Source: Enoplolaimus lenunculus (Eukaryota). From it: a DNA stretch of 26,401 nucleotides. The DNA is taken from NCBI GenBank assembly GCA_030248215.1, contig JASANG010002092.1, positions 620,001 to 646,401 on the forward strand, in the 5' to 3' direction. Under the pieces are notes generated by a model. The model was given only the letters and a program-made list of their open reading frames with translations, searched no databases and was not told where the DNA came from. Both the position numbers and the translations under genes were made by a program. This document shows, piece by piece, positions 21,941 through 26,401 of the stretch (position 1 is its first letter; every line of letters starts with the position of its first letter).

Positions 21941-23039
21941 AGATTTAAAAATCTAAAGCCACAAGCTGAATGTAATCCTTTGCAAAAACATAAGATGGAC
22001 ACATCTAAAATGTTATCTGTTGTCATTAAAAACAGTGTTGGTGAAAAGCAAAGCAACTGCATCTAATTAATACAAGCACAGAATAAATGGGACATGCGGG
22101 TCATTTTAGCCACAAGTGACTTCAAGCTCGGGCGGCAACGTGTAGAAACTGTTCTTTAATACGTGCCTAAAAGTTATTAAAATATATTTGAAGCGATGCA
22201 CAATCTTTCTTGACGCAGGCGAGCAAATGCGCAATGTGGAGATAAATTCTTTGTGATCTTTTTACATTTTTTGGCGGACGCGTGTCCAACAGTAGTAGTA
22301 ATGTTTTTTACTTTGAGAATTTTGATTTACAAATTTTCAGAAAATTTTTTCTTATATTTCTGAAATTGAGGGCAGAAAACAATTTGACAGCTATTTTCTG
22401 GATATTTCTAGAGCATTTGTCTTAAATTTCAGAAATTGTTTTTCAGCTTGTATCCTGAAAACACTTTTCTGGATATATTCAGAAATACTTTTTTGTGTGC
22501 ACTGCGCTGAGTCTCCTACAGGCAACTCAATGTGAGAAGAGGTTAACAGAAGGTGTAATTAGCTAATGGGGTTTGGCAGCAGGTCCTTCGAAGGGACTTA
22601 GGACAATGTACACACCGTCTGGACACAGTGTCTGACAATACGAGTTCCTTCGAACACGCCCTGTATAATCGCTAAACAAAGTTCCTTCGAACAAACTTTG
22701 TGTTAAGAAATAAGCTGAGTCCCTTCTGACAGACTATGGACAAATCAGTTGTCCTTTAAATAACGTATCGACAATTTATCATGGGTATGGACGGCAACAT
22801 GACCAAGCGTAGGTCGTTAAGAGAGAGTGCGAATTGTCAGCAGGGTCCACACAGGATATGAGTGACATTTGGACATGTAATTTGGAATCAATTAAACTAT
22901 AGATTTAGGGCTCGGATGTGGGGACAATTTTTTACAGTAGCGTGGACAGTATAACGTGGATGACCTATAACTGAATCGAAATAAATATGTCTAAATTTTA
23001 GTTGTTTAGACTGCACTATTCTCGTTAGAAACGGTAGCT

Positions 23040-24760
23040 AAATACAACGCACACAACAGAAAACTATAATCCCTGCTGAAAACACCGTATTTGTTTGCAA
23101 ACCAGCAATAATGAACCTACTGGCATTTTCAAAAAGTTTTTACTTTACTATTTGAAAACCCTACAAATTCATTGCATACAGCAACGAATAAAACAGCGCC
23201 GATGGCCACTTAGGCACTATTGAAATCATATCTTTTCCGCACACAACAAAATGTATGTAATTTCAATACTTCAGGAGAAACAAAAAGCTTCCACACCACT
23301 TGTACCAGGGCAATATATCTTTGAATAGAAACTGCAACATTGAGTGTTCAAATTCTCTGCAGAAAGATCAATCGTAGGAACTTTTCCGAATGCTTAATAA
23401 GATATCTAAATAAACCGTTGCTAATAGCCCGGTCACCCCAATCCGTATATTTCCTCAAATAATCTGCATGACAATTTAATTCCGGTGGTAACCATTGTGG
23501 GTAATTTTTATGCTATTTCGTTTGCAGAAATCGAAAACATGTAAACAAAAGTAGTTAAGGTACGGCTTAACACTACCCCTTGACAATATGCGCGAATAAG
23601 TTTGATTATCTGTGAATACATCTGTATTCGAATTTCCTGTCAAATCAGCAAAAGCTAATAAGGAACAAAGAACAGCAAAAAAAAATTCTCGCAAAGCAGA
23701 GCTTTCATTTCTTATATCAGTAGGCAATAAGCCATGAGCCTAATAAAAACCTAAACTAGTCATTAAAACGGCACCGCAGCCAAACTTTGACGTGTCATAA
23801 TAGCATTGAAATTGAAGTTTCTGTGCTGTATGCTTTATGAACGAAACAATTACATTTTCATGTTTTTTAAACCAAACGTATAAATTGTCTGTTAATTCCG
23901 CAGTTTTATCGTGTATCTTGTCCAAACAATCTTCGTAGCTAACAAAACTGCATAAACCTCGGCTGCGAATAATTGCACAATCAGCAGATACAAACAAAGC
24001 AGACATAGTATTTCCTGCTATTATTAATGCCGACCTACTCGACAGTTTAGAAACCATGAGATCATTGGATACAGCTTTTAACATGTTTTCTCATTTTCTG
24101 TCCGGCAAGTAGATTGCATTATTCGCAGAATTAAACCCAAACCCCATCATTCAATGTTTTGAGTTTAAATCAAAACTGATTTTTAAAAATTGATTAAAAA
24201 CCCAAATTTTTTAGCTCCCCAGTGGCGAAAACTATTAGTGTTTCTAAAATTTTTCGCTGATTTGGCTACTTATAAACCATCATCAATGTGCGATACGATA
24301 CATGTGACCAGGTCGCGCCACTTACGCACCAAAGGTTGCCAAATTTTGTAAAAATAAAGGAGATAATGAAAGACCAAGAAGTAAACAATTTCAATCGTAA
24401 TAATTATTGCGGCATTGAAAACCCTAGAAAATTTTGCATTTTAAAACAGTTAGGAATTACGTAGTCCAAAGCAACCCGAATGTCTCCCAATTTAAATTCA
24501 AATCTTTTTTTAAAAATTTGTTACGAGAACAATCCAAAATTAGACGCAATTTACGTTTTTGGGCGAAATCACGCTTTTTCTAATAAAGACCCGATTTCTA
24601 AATCACAAAATACATCAAATTTTTGGGCCGAAGAATTGTATTTTAAAGGAAACTTGGTCGGGTTCACGAAAAGGGATTACGTAACCAAGTTTCACGACAT
24701 TTAAGATTTTTCCTGGACAACCGTCGAGCCTTACCCAAAGAGCCTCAGAAGTTTTTGAAT
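23040..24760 (-). mobile_element. Degenerate DIRS/PAT-type retrotransposon pol: RT + RNase H + methyltransferase-like domain
   Basis: Manual translation across frameshifts and stops: W...KILNVVKLGYVIPF, NSSAQKF...EIGSLLEK, KRKLRLILD, FLGFS, LLLGLSLSP.IFTK..QPLVRKWR...SHIDDGL, GFLINF*KSV..TQNIE.MGF. RNase H: YDTSKFGCGA, SSALRE, FTDNQ, GSVKPYL, W.P.ELN.HADYL. MT-like: FYSKIYCPGTSGVEAF. Confidence 0.88.
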
Positions 24761-24779
24761 CGCAAAGACATATCCTTAC

Positions 24780-25495
24780 CCAGTTAACAAGTTGGCTTGT
24801 TTTGGGCTAAATAACAAGTCATAGTTGCGACACTTCATGGGATTTTCCAATTTCTTCATTTATTTCGTTGACATACCTCTTGACCGTTGCGGAACGTTGA
24901 CGACTGCATCGCTTCCACTAAAGGGCTGCTGAAAAACACTCCTAGCGCCACCTCTGAAACTTTGGTTCTGTCCAGCTGTAACCCGGCAAACCGCTCGCTG
25001 CAAACCCTTTTGTTCCTCCAAATAGCAGATCGCAAGCTTTATTCAGTAGCTTGCGCATTTTATTTTCTAGCTGATGAACGGTGTGAAAATTGAGCGGCAT
25101 TCGAAAGTATACGCCGTGACTCTTTTTGTATATATGGTATTGTATGTGGTTACTTGTGCACTTGAAATTAACATCTTTAGCGCGAGATAAACTTGGCGAG
25201 CTTGACCCTGAACTGCTAGAAAATGAATTCTAAGTTGAGGATGTCCAGCTACGTCGTCAACGCTACAACGATGATGATTTCTTTCACGACATCTTTGTTT
25301 GTTACGGTATACATAACGGTATTCATCTTGTTTCGAACTCTGGAAACAGCGGCAAATTGATTTCTCTATAAACTGATCCTGGTTGTTTGAATCACCGGAA
25401 CATGCATTTGGTGGAAGGCTAGATGCACGGTTATTCAAACTCCGCACGATTTGGCCCAATCTGGTATTTTCTATACGACATTCTATTTCAAACAA
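24780..25495 (-). pseudogene. Possible gag-like remnant of the DIRS element
   Basis: Lies directly upstream of pol on the same strand and contains a 142-aa open stretch plus a Q/G/R-rich segment (QNQSFRGGARSVFQQPF). No diagnostic motif. Confidence 0.3.
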
Positions 25496-25716
25496 ACAAT
25501 ATACGTAAATGAATGTAGAAAAACCACATGCAAATTTAGCAACTGACTCTAGCAGAGAACAGAGCTGAACGAAATTTCTAACCTAGATCGCAACCATAAC
25601 AGATAGTATAATAAATTCACCAAATTACACACTTAAAATAAACATATAAAACCGAAAAATCAGTTTGTCATTTTTGGAGACTCCTTCAAAAACGCTACGT
25701 TGTTTCCAGTACACTA

Positions 25717-26385
25717 CACGCAAAATAAATGGTCTTAAAGTTTCAGACATCAGTGTCTTGTATTTCAGACATAATGGCTTTAAACAGTTCATAAATTTGT
25801 GTCTGAAATGTTTAAAACATAAATGTCTTATATTCAAGAAATTACTATTTACAATTTGTATGAAACAAATTCCTTTCTTTCAAGAAATAGTTGTCTTAAA
25901 TCCATGAATTGTTTTCTAATTTTTATGTATAAAAAGTTGCTCCTTCTGTATTCTTAACAGCGTATATTGATTGGAAACGTTTTCTGTTTAGTCTAAATCT
26001 TTCCAAAACCTAAGTCTACATCTTGGAAGTATGCTTACTGTAAACTTAGGGAATTTGTTTGAGCTTAACTCCCAAATTTGAAGGCGGATCTCCTCCCCGG
26101 TAATTGCTCCTATAAGACAAATATGTATTAAAAGTCAGCAAAACAAGTTTTTTTACTTTTATATATTTTTGTCTTATATTTCAGACATATTTGTCTTGAT
26201 TTTTAGAAATATTTGTCTTAATCGTTCCTGAAAAACAGATCTTAAATCTAAGACATTCAAGTGTTAAAAATTTCAGATACAGATTTAGGATAATTTTTTA
26301 GAAACTAATGTCTTGCATTCAAGACATATATGTCTGGAGTTCAGATTAAGACATAATTGTCTTGAACCAGAAACTGTTTTATGTG
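25717..26385. mobile_element. Non-autonomous EnSpm/CACTA-like MITE (669 bp)
   Basis: ta|CACGCAAAATAAAT ... ctgttttatGTG|ta gives CAC/GTG ends and a 2-bp TSD 'ta'. Dense subterminal gtctt/aagac/ttcagac repeats at both ends. End architecture resembles 18207-22499. Confidence 0.75.
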
Positions 26386-26401
26386 TATAGCTAGCATGTT
26401 G

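Larger units (their letters stand above)
18207..22499 (-). mobile_element. Internally deleted EnSpm/CACTA-like DNA transposon (4.3 kb)
   Basis: Ends CACTCAAAATAAAATTT (18207) and reverse-complement CACACAAAAAAGTATTT (22499). 2-bp TSD 'ca'. Multiple tttcagaaa/tttctg subterminal repeats at both ends. Internal zinc-finger ORF and accessory-gene exons. Confidence 0.75.

Noticed and set aside
22800..22840. HSL-like peptide as a tyrosine recombinase HxxR motif
   Set aside because: It reads HSLL and lacks the Arg and the following GRW motif, so a recombinase is not supported.
24215..24790. Suspected separate insertion splitting the DIRS pol
   Set aside because: Minus-strand translation shows continuous RT motifs through this interval.

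Overview
This is AT-rich, repeat-dense eukaryotic DNA, most likely from a nematode (TTAGGC telomere-type hexamers and TTTCAG splice acceptors; inference). The only intact host gene I can support is a two-exon NDUFAF4 (complex I assembly factor) on the minus strand, 13435-12157. Nearly everything else is transposon debris: (i) a 5'-truncated, decayed non-LTR retrotransposon (APE-RT-CCHC, CAA tail) that inserted into a tRNA-derived repeat and was itself interrupted by a 781-bp TIR element with a 5-bp TSD; (ii) at least five copies of a GGCC-ended MITE with 8-bp TSDs, most carrying TTAGGC-type repeats, one forming a three-layer nest; (iii) a 4.3-kb internally deleted EnSpm/CACTA-like element with a zinc-finger ORF and a spliced accessory pseudogene, plus a related 0.67-kb MITE; (iv) a decayed DIRS/PAT-type retroelement pol (RT-RNase H-methyltransferase-like); (v) two tRNA-like repeats and several degenerate minisatellites. 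I see no CRISPR or prokaryotic system. All family assignments come from manual motif recognition, not database searches.
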